From Trypanosoma brucei (Eukaryota), in assembly GCA_000002445.1 (NCBI GenBank), contig CM000207.1, forward strand, positions 160,001 through 224,000: a stretch of 64,000 nucleotides of DNA, written 5' to 3'. Below the pieces are notes generated by a model. The model saw nothing but the letters and a program-made list of their open reading frames with translations. It made no database searches and had not been told where the DNA came from. Shown here in pieces: positions 52,549 to 64,000 of this stretch (its first letter is position 1; each line of letters opens with the position of its first letter). A program made the translations under genes and the position numbers.

Positions 52549-54120
52549 ATGGCAGCCATAACATTTATACTAACCCTCAGAGTGGACAAAGCAGCGGGCA
52601 ACGTCGTGGCTGGAAACAACAAAGGGGAGCATGCGGCGCTTTGTGAGTTTATAGCAATGGCTCAGCAAGAAGTAGAAGCGCCGCACCTAGAAAGCCTGGA
52701 CGTGGAGGCATATAGGCGTGTCCACCTGCTGAATTTAACTATCAGACGATGATTGGATAAACAAATTCTACACCGACAAGACACGGAAAACGACAAAAGG
52801 TTCATCGGCCGAAGCGGGACTAGACGACAAGGGTGGCAAACTACACTGGGACGACTGGAAATGGGCGGCTGAAAGACTGGTGGCAGCGCCAGAACATACG
52901 ACGCTTAAAGAAAGCGGCACCACGCAGGTCTCCGGTCTAGCAAAAAAAATGGCAGCTGTTGCGATAAAAGGCATAGCAGCAAAAGCAGCCAAACTGAAAG
53001 ACAGTTTTCCGGAGGAAGCTTTGCCAGAAAGCGCCGCCAAAACAGCAGCGGCCGCCGTAGCTAAAAAAATGCGGGATGCGGCCTTCGGCGGCGAAGACAC
53101 GCTGATAACGACTCTAACAGACATCACAACGCTCGGGGCAAGCCCATCTAACAACAGGAACGTCGAATGCAAGACACAGGGGCCTGGCAAAGGCACACAT
53201 ATTGCTCTAGCAGCGCTAGCATGTGTCTGCTGGCAGGGCAACACCAACACGGTGACACACGGTATGTGCAACAAAGCAATGGAAGGCCAAACGGGCTGGA
53301 ACGGAAACAGCAACAAGCCGGGGACATCGGACCTTATCAAGCTCGCCAAAAGTTGCGGCCCCGCCGGAAAACGAAAGGTGACGGCAGCAAGGCTTCGAGC
53401 AGCCATAACTTCACTGCGGAACCTTATAACCGGCCACGACACCGGCAACCTTTACCTAGGCACTTTTATCGCAACCGGTTTCTCAGGATCGTCAGACAGC
53501 AGCGTTTGCATCGAATTCACAAACTTAGCTGGCGGGGCTGACGACCCGCTCACCAAGCTGCCCTGGATCAACAAAGTGGAAGCGGCTGCAGCCGAACTGG
53601 AGAAGCTAACGCAGGTGCGCCCAAGGCACAAGCAATCAACATCCAACTAGTAGCAGCAGAAACCGAAGCGAACCAAGCGGTAAAGCAGGCTGCAGCGGAA
53701 GCAGAAGAAATAAGAAAAGGTAACAACAACCCGAGTGTAGCGACGCCAGCACTACGTAAGACGATCTGCGAAGCTCACAACAAGTCCAAAACAGCATGCT
53801 TAGGAGCTAAATGCAAATGGGGAGGGCAAAAGGATGATGACGGCCCATGCATAGTAGATGAAAGCAAAGTTGCAGAACAAACAACCCAAGCAGGGACAGG
53901 AGAAAAGAAAGACGGGGCAGCTTCAACTGGGTGTGCAAAACATGGAACTGATAAGACTGCGTGTGAAAATGACAAAACAGGCGACAAACAAAATTGCGCA
54001 TGGAGGAAGGGGAAAGATAATGAACCTGAGCCAGAAAAAGAAATGTGCCGAAATGGAAGTTTTCTAGTAACCAAACAATTGGCCCTAATGGTTTCTGTAT
54101 TTGTGGCCTTGCTTTTTTAA
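52549..54120 (+). pseudogene. VSG: VSG (type-B) pseudogene with frameshifts
   Basis: MAAITFILTL leader, NNKGEHAALCEFIAMAQ motif, a 256-aa mid ORF, C-terminal domain CKWGGQKDDDGPCIVDE...CENDKTGDKQNCAWRKGKDNEPEPEKEMCRNGSFLVTKQLALMVSVFVALLF. Confidence 0.85.
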
Positions 54121-54176
54121 AACAAATTTTTCCCCCTCTTTTTTAAAAAATTCTTGCTAAAATTTTCCTTGCTATT

Positions 54177-54192
54177 TGATATATTTCAACAC
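54177..54192 (+). promoter_or_regulatory. VSG 3'UTR 16-mer (tgatatatttcaacac)
   Basis: About 60 bp after the VSG stop. Confidence 0.55.
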
Positions 54193-55024
54193 CTAAAAAT
54201 TCACCGAAAAATTGAACTGTGATTTGTAAAGTTTGTGATTCTGAAATTTTTTGTTTTTCTGGCAACTAAAAGAATTTTCTCTCTTTTTTTCTTCTTTTTT
54301 GGAATTTTTTAAGGGTTAGGTTTTTATTTTATGTTTTATGGTTTTTAATATTTTTAATTTTTAATTTTTATTTTATCGATTTTTTCTTTTTTCATTTTTG
54401 TGTTTTTTTGGACGTTCAGGGAAACAAAACCAACTACCAAACTAAAGAGAGACTAGACAGGGTTAGTGTTATTAATTTTTGTGGGTTATTTTTTAATCAC
54501 TTCTTTTCAATTTTTATTCTTCTATAAATCGCTATTTTTAAATTGTAAGTGATGCAGCGTATCTTTTTTGATGCAACTCTAACCCTTATTTACCCAGCAC
54601 ACAGCTGCGTCTTCACATTTTTCGCCTCCGTCATCGACGCGATTTGTTAATTTTTTTTTGTGAATTTCAGCTCTGCATTTTGCGATGCGTGCGGCTTAAA
54701 AATTTTTTAAAACCCTGGCGCATGGCAGTTTCGCTGCTTGAAGCGATTTGCTTTTCAAGAGGCGGTAAAAAATATCTTAATATTAGGAAGTTGAAAGATA
54801 AAAGATCTCAGTGCAGGGCCCCATAATCACGACGGGAAAAAATCCACCGCAAAAATCAACTAAAAAACACAACAGCTGAGGAATACCCAAGCGAGCACTG
54901 CGACTATGATGCCACTAAAAACAAATACAAACCAAAACTGAAACAGTAAAATAAAACACAGCAGCAGGACCAGGAGAGACAAGCACTGTGGTAGATTAAA
55001 ATAAACACCGATCCCAGAAAGCAT

Positions 55025-55225
55025 GTGAGGCAAAAAACAAGGATGTCAAACAGGGTGAGAAAGCAGTCTGTAAATGAATTAATTTTTGTTGATGGTACTG
55101 GAAAGCTTCTCAAGTCCGAGTGCCGCTATTCCAGCTCTCTCATCAATAAGAAATTGGATCTGAGTATGGCTGCTGCTTTGACGGGTTTGGCTGCACTCTA
55201 TAATTATAAAATTATAGTACTTTAA
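55025..55225 (+). pseudogene. VSG: orphan VSG 3' fragment (GPI-signal region: ...SSLINKKLDLSMAAALTGLAALYNYKIIVL) with trailing 3'UTR-like sequence to about 55340
   Basis: Matches the ...FLINKKLALSMAA... GPI-signal pattern. The downstream run ttatgaaatttaatatattatattac resembles the VSG 3'UTR. No N-terminal domain lies upstream. Confidence 0.5.
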
Positions 55226-55499
55226 GGATTTTTTTAATTTCATGAATTTTTGTGAAACTCTTCTATGTTGAGAGGATTTGTTAAAATTTTATGAAATTTA
55301 ATATATTATATTACTTTTTTTAAATCTTTGCGAAATATGAAAAATAATGAATTGTTTTTAAAAGAATACGTAATTTTTATGCGAAAGCGACATCTAGGAA
55401 CAAAGATGTAACAAAGTAAGGTAATGTAGTGTGTAAATGAGTGTTATTCTAATTTAGTTAATTTTTGTTTATTCTTCTTCATTTTATAGATGTCAGTTG

Positions 55500-55570
55500 A
55501 GACTATAATAAAGACGATAACAATAGGAGTGTATTGTGAGTGTGTATATACGAATATAATAATAAGAGTG
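55500..55570 (+). repeat. 70-bp repeat (one unit)
   Basis: GACGATAACAATAGGAGTGTATTGTGAGTGTGTATATACGAATATAATAATAAGAG. Confidence 0.75.
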
Positions 55571-57426
55571 GTGGTGGTGAGTGACTGAAAATAAAAAGTA
55601 AACACTTAAACGACGGTATAGTGTAATAAGATTGAGTTAGTGGAAAGTAATGGGCAGGATTCACCAGGTATATTATTATAAAATAAAGTACTGAGGAGCT
55701 GACGGGTTGTACTCCGTGTGCAAAAAAAGAAATGAATAAGAAATTAGCGGAAGAAAGAGCGTACAGGCTGTCTCATAAAGATCTGGAAGTCAGTGGGTGC
55801 AAGAGACGTAGCTACTACGTTGTACAGACCGGTAGCTACCGGACGTGCTACTGAAAAAACTAAAAGGAAATATCGTTAACAAAATAAGAATCCGCGGATA
55901 TAAAAAATGTAGGATCTCTATGAAGTTTGTAAAATCTATGCTAAAAGTTCCCATTTCCGTGTCTTTATGCTAGTTATGTGTTAAGATATTTTAAGTAGTG
56001 AGTACCTTTCATGAGAGTGTTGCTTATACATGGCTAATGGCGCGTATTAATAAGGCAAATTTTGAGAGGAGGGAACTGTTAGAACTTAAAATGACAAGTC
56101 TTAGCGCAATCAGCATAATCCGAGGACAGATAAACACAAGCATAATCGAATGTTCATCCGTATGTGGAAGGAGCATAATTGATAAGTGGTTGTTTTGGGA
56201 ACATTATGTAGAGAAGTACAAACAAATAGAAGCAATAAGAAACCATTAAATTTTAATTTTTATCTACATAAATATGTGTAGTACTTTCAAGGATGGTTGG
56301 CCAGGGATTGGCAATGTTAGTTGAAAACAGAAATAGAAAGAAGGCGATGAAATAGAGTTTAAAGTGCAAAAATGAAAGCTGATGCGCTCGCTTTTTTTAA
56401 AAATTCCAGTAGCTGGATAATATAGCAAATAAACAATTGCATTTTTTATTTCCACCTCAAACAAATAGGATTTAAAAGCATTTCACCAGGAAATAGTCCT
56501 CAGTTACAAGAAAGCACAAAAACACACAACTGTTCTCTAATAGAGATACACCGCAATATTATTTTCACACAGCTAAAAGAACTCCGGCAACCAAAGCAAA
56601 AGCCGGCAAACTAAACTAGGAAATAAAGTCGATTGTAAAGCAAGCATAACGACATCCTTCGAGTAGAAAAGCAGCCGCCAATAGCATATAAATCAGAAAC
56701 AATTGCACCGGTTCTGTTTGACGGGAGAGTGGTTTAGGCGACTAGAGACGGTGAAGGCAAATAAGATGTGAGCGTCAATCTATTAGGCAGTGCTCAGGCC
56801 CACTAAAAACACTTCCATTAGCACTTAGTAGAAACAACCGCACAAAAACCGACAAGCACTCGATCACCTCAAAAACAGTGCACAAAAATGGAGCCAAAGG
56901 AAGGGACGCTCGGTCACCCAACCAAGAAAGATACCTTTTATTAGCGATTTCAGGCCATGCCGACAAACTTTTCATAGAAGTATAAGCAAGTTTCTAATTG
57001 ATACCATACATCTTGGAAGCTCGACGGCGGATACAGGGGCAGATGCATCCGACTCTAAGTAAACACAAAATGGAAGCAGATCACGTGATAAAATTTCTCA
57101 AAAACAAAAATATGTTTAAGTTGCAACTCCAAGTTTATGCAGCGGCTTACAAAAAATCCGAATGGAAAGATGGTGCTGAAGTTCTGACTGCGTTGAAAAA
57201 CAAGCCAATCAACAACCTACTAAGTGCTGCAGCCAACTCTTGTACATCAATTACACTACCGGTGATGACACTAGCGACAACGGAGAGCAGTTTCCGCTAG
57301 CCGTGGATGGTACTATCGGCGGACGAAAATTAGGCGCAACTCCAGCCCAAAATCGCGTCAATGCTAAAGATATTTTACTCGTTGTTTAAACTTTGGAAGA
57401 TAGCCCTATCCTTTAAGACACAGCCA

Positions 57427-59098
57427 ATGAAGCAAGAAAAGTTCATTTATATACTACTATTTTTTTTAGCGTTAGTGACCGTCGCTAACTCAGCAAACAA
57501 AAACGAACATGAATTTGACCAGATGTGCCGCTTGTACAAGCTTTTAAACATCCCCATAACGATGCCAGGATTGACTATCAGTCAAAGAAGCGATAGCACA
57601 GAGGCAGCCAATCAAATAACGCTCGGCATTTTAGACAGAGCCCAAAAGATAAATATGTATGTGGCATAGAAACCGATAGTAGAATTTTTAACGAGCACGG
57701 ATAAATACAAAAACAAAGCTGCATTCGACAGTGACGCCGCAAAGAAGGGATATTTCAATCCAAAAGATGATGCTGAACTCGAGAAAATGTGAAGCGCCTA
57801 CAAAGAGGTTCAAGGCGCTCAGGGCGCTGAAAAGGCGTTTTCCAAAAAGTAAGGCAGAGCGCTAGAAAAAAAAAGCAAAGGCAGTTACCACGACCTGCAA
57901 TTGCAAATCTATACCAAAACCTGGCAAACACAGCGGCGCTTTTCCAACACCTCGAAGCAAAGTTACGCCAAACAATTGCAGCGGCCAGGGTGCACATGGA
58001 AAAGGCGCTGTACGGTGCCAAGTATGCCGCAACACCAACAGATCTTCTCAGCTCGGCGGCACCACTACCAAAACCGGCTGCAGCAAACTTCCCTTGGCAG
58101 ACCAGTGCGGACAGAAAAACAGCCTGTGCAGCGCCAGATGCAGCCGAAGCGACTAAAGCCGACAATGCGCTAGCCACAGATGTAGTGTGCATATGCATAC
58201 GCGACCATTCGACATCCCACGACACATGCGCAACAGGGATCCGCCAAAAAAGCGCCAACTTTGCAGCCACCAGGTCGCCGGCAAATGCAGCAGACGCCTT
58301 CACATAGATAGTAGCACAATGCAAACCAACCGATGACGAAGCAGCGCTGTTAAACATAGCAAGCAAGCTCACAGAGGCTGTCCAAGCGGTGTACACCTGG
58401 TTAGGCAAAAATGTATTCACCGCAGCGGTGGCAAACGGTGGACCAAACGGCGCAGCGAAGCGCTTTAATTTCTATGGCATCACCGCCCTAGGCGGTGCAG
58501 CACCGGGTCGCGGGGCGCGACAACGCACGCAACGGCAGGGGAAGGGGTGTGCATCGACTACTCTGCTTACCTCAAACCCACTAAAGGAATCCCTTGGATC
58601 AACAACATTGAAGCCGCAGCAGCGGAGCTAAAGAAGGGCAAGGAACTTTTTCCAGAATTGAACAGAGAGCTGGCGAAAGCAGTGGCACAAGAAAGACAAA
58701 TAGAAACGCTGCTTTTACTTGGCACTTTATTAACCCCGGCAGTAACAACAGCCCCAACAGAAAAAACATACAAGAAACCAACAGTAGAGGACCAAAACAA
58801 ATGCAAAGAAGCCACAAACAAAACACTAGAAGGATGCGCGGCTGTCGACTGCGACTATGACAGCGAGAAGATCGAATGCAAACCCAAACCAGGAACAGAA
58901 ACCACAGTAGCAGGAACAGGACCAGGAGACCAAGCAGGAGCACCAACAGGAGCAACTGGATATGCAACAAACAAAAATAAAACCACTTGTGAGACTGACA
59001 AAAAAGATGGTAAGCAAAATTGTGCATGGACGAAGGAAAAAGATAATGAAGATGACAAGGACACGGAAAAGTTTCGCTCTTCTAGTTATTTATAAAAA
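57427..59098 (+). pseudogene. VSG: VSG (type-B) pseudogene, multiple frameshifts, no GPI signal
   Basis: MKQEKFIYILLFFLALVTVANSANKNEHEFDQMCRLYKL N-terminus. VVCICIRDH and IPWINNIEAAAAELKK segments in other frames. C-terminal domain CKEATNKTLEGCAAVDCDYDSEKIECKP...CETDKKDGKQNCAWTKEKDNEDDKDTEKF, ending prematurely. Confidence 0.8.
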
Positions 59099-59244
59099 AA
59101 ATTGTACTTATCGTTTCTTGTCTTGCAAGTTTAGTGAAATTTTGAGGATTCATAAAATTTAAGGATTTTTGCTCAATTTTATGAAATTTACTGAAATTTT
59201 CTTTCTTGAGAGAAATTGATAATTTTTCTGAAGTTTGCGAAATT

Positions 59245-59260
59245 TGATATGTTTTAACAC
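59245..59260 (+). promoter_or_regulatory. VSG 3'UTR 16-mer (tgatatgttttaacac)
   Basis: About 150 bp after the VSG ORF end. Confidence 0.5.
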
Positions 59261-59477
59261 TATTTCTTGAAAATGTACAAGTTGTAGAAAATTATAAGGA
59301 TTTTAAGAATGTAGAACTTTATTAAATGTATATGATAGTAGCTTATGGATGCAAAGCAGTGGGTGATAGGGAATGAAAAATGAGTGCTACTCTTCTCTTG
59401 TCTTCTCTGTTTAGTTAATCCATATTAGTTGCGAATATAATAATCGTATAGAAATTTTTAAAATGGTATTTGTAATG

Positions 59478-59520
59478 GGGTGTGTTATGAGTGTGTATAT
59501 ACGAATATTATAATGAGAGC

Positions 59521-59569
<49 letters not shown>

Positions 59570-59612
59570 GGAGAGTGTGGTGAGTGTGTGTATATACGCA
59601 TATTATAATCTG
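59478..59612 (+). repeat. 70-bp repeat with (TAA)24 flanked by two core copies
   Basis: GTGTGTTATGAGTGTGTATATACGAATATTATAATGAGAG - (TAA)n - GGAGAGTGTGGTGAGTGTGTGTATATACGCATATTATAATC. Confidence 0.85.
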
Positions 59613-61086
59613 TGAGTGGTGTTACAGAGTCACTGGAAGTGGAAAAAGAAGCACTTAGCGCAAAATATTATAGGTAATTAAAGTGAGTGAGTGAGCGAGA
59701 TTTGGAGAGAAAGTGGAGATGGAACTTGCGCCGTTTCTAGCGGCATCCTGACCAATGGCGTAATCATGCACAAGGCGATAATGAGGTTGAAAGTGATGGT
59801 GAGAGACAGAGTACAGTGTGCAGAAGAAATAGAGTCGCTGACAGTGACACAAAGAAGCAGTGGAAGTGGGAAGAACCGAATACCGTATCGACAATATGCT
59901 CTCAAGATCTTTTTGAAGGATTCTTTTTTAAAACTGACGCACTGTAATAAATATAAAGAAACATAAGCCATAGAATTCATCTGATAGGAGCTGTTCACTT
60001 TGTATAAAAGTGCACTGCTCACCAGATATAACAAAATCTGTAAAATAGAGACGTAAAAAGCAGTTGATGGTCGGAAAGACACCTGACTAAAGAGCTAAAC
60101 CCTCAATAAATTTATAAAGGCTAAGAGTAAACGCAAGAATGCATAAAAACAGCAGAAAAAAGGAAATAAAGGCGTTATTGCGTCACAAGATGTCTTAGAA
60201 AAAGAAATTAATTTCACTTACACTAAAGTAAGTAGAAAAAGTTATTAGCAACAAGAATTTAGTTGTTTACTAGAGTCGAGAATGTAAAGTTATGAAAATG
60301 TAGTTTAAATCGCATATTGAGTATATTAGAATCAAGCCGACCACAAGAGTGCAATATGGCTTTATAAGATGAAGCAACCACTCAAAGAGAAGCCATTTTG
60401 AAGCGAAAATTTACTTCTCTCACAGCTTTTTAAACACAGAAATTCAAAAGAAAGCAATAGTGATAAAAAAGGGTGATTAGGAAACCGCATTTACATGACA
60501 CATAAAACTTACGTAGTAAACCAGTATATAAGCCGAAAGGAGATGACAATATAGACCACACGAAGCTCGATAAAAAATAAAAAATAACGTCTACCTGTGG
60601 ACAGCAGCTTAGGGGAAAGTGGATGCCTGAAGCACCAGAAAATCAATTAGCAACACCTATGTGGTGGAAGCAAAAAATACAGCATACCAACTTATCAATA
60701 AATAAAAAAAACAAGCACGTAAAACGTACATAACAAAGAGACGGCTAAATCTAACGTCGAAGAAAAAGGCAGCAACTATTTGCGGTCAACTGGAAAAGTG
60801 TCAATGTTAAATGGCCGTGTAGAGAGCAACAAGCAGCCACTGAGCCGAAATGAATTAGTATATGAAAATTCAGCATCTAAAACAGGATGACATAGGTTAA
60901 TCAGAAATAGTCATGATCCAAAGAAAGAAAAGTTTTTTTTAATCAACATTTACACCTAGATGCAGGACGACATAACACACAAACCCCACAATTAAAGTTT
61001 AAGCTCAATAAAAAAAGAAACCTTCAGTACCGCTAATCTTTCCGAGAAAATAAGTAGGTTTCAGAATCAACAGGAAACTCAAGACA

Positions 61087-62550
61087 GTGCCGGCAGATAT
61101 GTGTAAAACCAAAAGCAGCAGCAGCCTAGGAGCCTACACCTTCCTGACGTTAATAACGTTAATAGCTGTTTCCGGCACAGACACGCCAGAAGAAATTACC
61201 AAGGATGCCTGCGGCTCAGCGGCCTTCCTTCGCATAGTCGCGGACACTGTTAAAAGTGGACTTTTAGCAGCTGTGAAGCGAAACAACGAACTGAACAAAA
61301 GACTAGCACAGGCAACGGCAGCAGTACGCAACCAACAAAGGCCGGATCTTGGCAAAGCAGCAATGGCTTTATTGCCAATTCTAGCAAAGAAGGCGGCCGA
61401 GGAGACGTCGGCAGCCCTGGCAATGCCAACAAGGGCATTGCCAGGACTCGTAGCGGCAGCAAATTACAGTGGGCAGCAGCAGGCGCTAGCGGCGCTACTG
61501 ACAACAGAAGTAGCAGACAGCACAACAGGCCAAAGCGACGTGGGAAGCGCAGCCTCAGGGACAGCCAACATCAAATTTAAACTCAGCCAAACCAACGGAC
61601 TCACCTCGTGCGCTAGCAGCGTAAACAAGGCGGCGGACAAACACGCGTCGTGGGCCACAGTCCCAGGCCTAAAAAAATTCAGCATACACTCGCCAGAACC
61701 GGAGGTGTCGGCCAGCGACAACAGGTTTCTGGCGGTTGGCAAAGGCAGCGGCAACGGACAACAATGTGACGTAAATGGAGGAACAAACAAGCAGTTCACA
61801 GTTACAAGCTCACACGTTTGCATAGCAGGCGGCCCTGTATTTTCAGCAGCACAAAAGCAACTAGACGCCGGCACCTCAGGTGACTACGGTCGGGGGCACA
61901 TAAGCAGCTACAGCGAAACCGACGAAGACCATTTCGCCAAGCAGGCGGCGACAGACATCAAAACCGCCGTCAACGCCCTAGCAAGCAGAGCGGGGGCGTT
62001 TGATCCCAACGAACTAAGCAGCTATGACGCCGACCCGGATTTCCAGGCTGCGGTGGGCGCAATCTACGGCAATTTACCCCGAGACAAAGCAACCGGCGAA
62101 GCAAAAAATACAGTATCCAACCTTATCACACAGCATTTTGGAAAGGCGCAAAACTTCAAAAGCAAGATTTGGGACGAAATCGAAAAGCTGAAAGTGCCAG
62201 CAACAGTCCTTGGAGACAAGGCAGAGATGACGCTAAAGGACGTTGACGACATAGGATTAGCTACACATATAATGGTACAACACATTACCGCCAGCTTCCA
62301 AAAGTCAGCACCTCAAGCAGAAAAGCAGCCAGATACCACAGAAGTCAAACCAGGAAAAGCAGAAGAAACGAAAAAAACAGCAGACGAATGCAAAAAGCAT
62401 ACAACAAGTGAAGATTGTAAAAAGGAAAAAGGTTGTGATTTTGTTGAGAAAAAACCGGAAGGTGAAAAATGCTTTCCAAAAGTTGAGACTGACAAGAAAG
62501 ATGAAGAAAATAATGGGAAAGAAAGCTCTGACCGCAAAGATAAGCCTTAG
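61087..62550 (+). CDS. VSG: VSG, 487-aa open frame covering the whole N-terminal domain and first C-terminal subdomain, with the final subdomain and GPI signal in the +1 frame (to about 62665)
   Basis: Leader MPADMCKTKSSSSLGAYTFLTLITLIAVSG. C-terminal motifs CKKHTTSEDCKKEKGCDFVEKKPEGEKC. Then after a shift, KDCTGNCKWENNACKDYSFIVNKKFALTAATLIGLLGF*. Confidence 0.7.
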   Translation: MPADMCKTKSSSSLGAYTFLTLITLIAVSGTDTPEEITKDACGSAAFLRIVADTVKSGLLAAVKRNNELNKRLAQATAAVRNQQRPDLGKAAMALLPILAKKAAEETSAALAMPTRALPGLVAAANYSGQQQALAALLTTEVADSTTGQSDVGSAASGTANIKFKLSQTNGLTSCASSVNKAADKHASWATVPGLKKFSIHSPEPEVSASDNRFLAVGKGSGNGQQCDVNGGTNKQFTVTSSHVCIAGGPVFSAAQKQLDAGTSGDYGRGHISSYSETDEDHFAKQAATDIKTAVNALASRAGAFDPNELSSYDADPDFQAAVGAIYGNLPRDKATGEAKNTVSNLITQHFGKAQNFKSKIWDEIEKLKVPATVLGDKAEMTLKDVDDIGLATHIMVQHITASFQKSAPQAEKQPDTTEVKPGKAEETKKTADECKKHTTSEDCKKEKGCDFVEKKPEGEKCFPKVETDKKDEENNGKESSDRKDKP

Positions 62551-62919
62551 AAAGATTGCACTGGAAACTGCAAATGGGAAAATAATGCTTGCAAGGATTA
62601 TAGTTTTATTGTCAATAAGAAATTTGCTTTGACGGCTGCTACCCTTATAGGTTTGTTAGGATTCTAATATTATAAGAATTTTCTTTCAAATTTATGAAGT
62701 TTAAGAAAGTTAAGAGAATTTGCTATCATTTGATAGATTTTGATACTTTCTGATGAAAAAGTGCAAAATGACAAAAATTTTAAATAATACAGAAATATGA
62801 ACTTCGTGTGGGACTGGCCTATTGGTGCAACCTAATAGGGTTAGAGGGTATGAAAAATTAGTAATACTCCAATTTGTTTTATTTTGTTTACGTTATGTAT
62901 ACTAGATATTGTTATAATA

Positions 62920-63120
62920 GTAACAATAAGGATATTAGTATAGCAGGAGAGTGTTTTGAACGTGTGTATATACGAATATTATAATAAGAGCAGTAATGAT
63001 AAAAATAGTAATAATAATAATAATGATAATAATAATAATAATGATAATAATAATAATAATAATGATAATAATAATAGGAGAATGTTGTGAGAGAGTGCAT
63101 ATACGAATATTATAATAAGG
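62920..63120 (+). repeat. 70-bp repeats (about 2-3 units with (TAA/TGA)n)
   Basis: GGAGAGTGTTTTGAACGTGTGTATATACGAATATTATAATAAGAG ... (TAATAATAATGA)n ... GGAGAATGTTGTGAGAGAGTGCATATACGAATATTATAATAAGGG. Confidence 0.85.
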
Positions 63121-64000
63121 GCACTGGTGAAAAATAAATGGACAAAAAAGATAGAAGCAGTTAAAAACAATAGCGGAATGAAACTTTAGTAGCATGATGA
63201 AACCGAAACAAAGATTGTGAGATAGCACGATAAATATTATTTATGGGGGCGCGTGGAGATAGATGGAAAAGATAAAGACACGTAATTTTAAACACTAAGA
63301 TCAAGCTGGGAATTATCATACACAAGAAGATGATTGAGTGGACAATAAATGGAGAGAAAGTCGAATGCAGAATCAAAAATAGGTCACTTCGTTATCTGAA
63401 GAAGCTGAAAAAAAGGACAAAAAAGTAGAAACAAAAATATGATATGAAACAACGGAATGCGTGGAATAACATGGGACATAAAAAATAATACATCAAGACG
63501 AGCCACTGATACGCCATATTTAGCACAGAAATATATAGAGGCTACGGCGATGATGATGTTAGCGCCTGTAGGTTTTAATCTTATGGCAGTTTTTAATGTC
63601 CATTTAAAAAACCAAAAAAGTAGAAGCAGCAGATGCAGGAAGAGGGATTTAATAAGTGTAATGTAACGCGAAACTTTTCTTATCAGAAATAGTATGAAAG
63701 ATCAATATTTATGGACATCGATATAATGTTATCGGGAAAATGGTTTTAAAAATTGGAATACTAATGAATTACTGTGGCGAGCAGCAAAAGAATAAAAATA
63801 CGAATCCTTCAGGAAATGATACATATGAACACATAGAATATCTCTATGAAGTGGAGAAATTCAACGGTGATATTCCTCCAATTTTTTTTGGTATACGAGC
63901 CAGACACTAAAACCTTTGAAATAGCGAGCAATTCATATAAAAGTGGTCAGTAACCCCAAGTTGAAGTGGAGCATAAAGTAAGACAATAAGAGCAACGAAG

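Noticed and set aside
56998-57300. 100-aa ORF (MIPYILEARRRIQGQ...) upstream of the VSG at 57427
   Set aside because: It lies in the co-transposed-type spacer with no leader or motif. I cannot support it as a gene.

Overview
This window reads as a Trypanosoma brucei-group subtelomeric VSG array. From about 28 kb to the end it holds at least nine variant surface glycoprotein (VSG) genes or pseudogenes and three VSG fragments. All are on the + strand, spaced about 3-4 kb apart. Each sits about 1.2-2 kb downstream of a canonical 70-bp repeat with the GAGAGTGTTGTGAGTGTGTATATACGAATATTATAATAAGAG core and a TAA/TGA-triplet tract. Each ends in a hydrophobic GPI-signal tail, and five are followed by a clear 16-mer 3'UTR element of the TGATATATTTTAACAC type. 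Most VSGs carry in-frame stops and/or frameshifts, which is the usual state of the silent pseudogene archive. One 70-bp repeat carries a pure (TAA)n tract of about 140 copies that runs into a 100-N assembly gap. A roughly 5.25 kb degenerate ingi non-LTR retrotransposon (43525-48779) lies between a VSG 3' fragment and an N-terminally truncated VSG. It has a 2A-like DVEENPGP peptide, an AP-endonuclease region, RT, RNaseH and C2H2 zinc fingers, spread over three frames, and a poly(A) tail. A putative GT67-type glycosyltransferase gene (26829-27881) lies between the first 70-bp repeat and the first VSG. The first 26 kb is gene-poor and low in GC. It contains a minus-strand VSG-related type-B gene (5311-6327), a RIME/ingi 5' fragment on the minus strand (about 14735-15069) inside a GC-rich island, and a split secreted-protein-like ORF pair (16591-17406). 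No bacterial-style features are expected or seen. No rRNA or tRNA could be recognised by eye.
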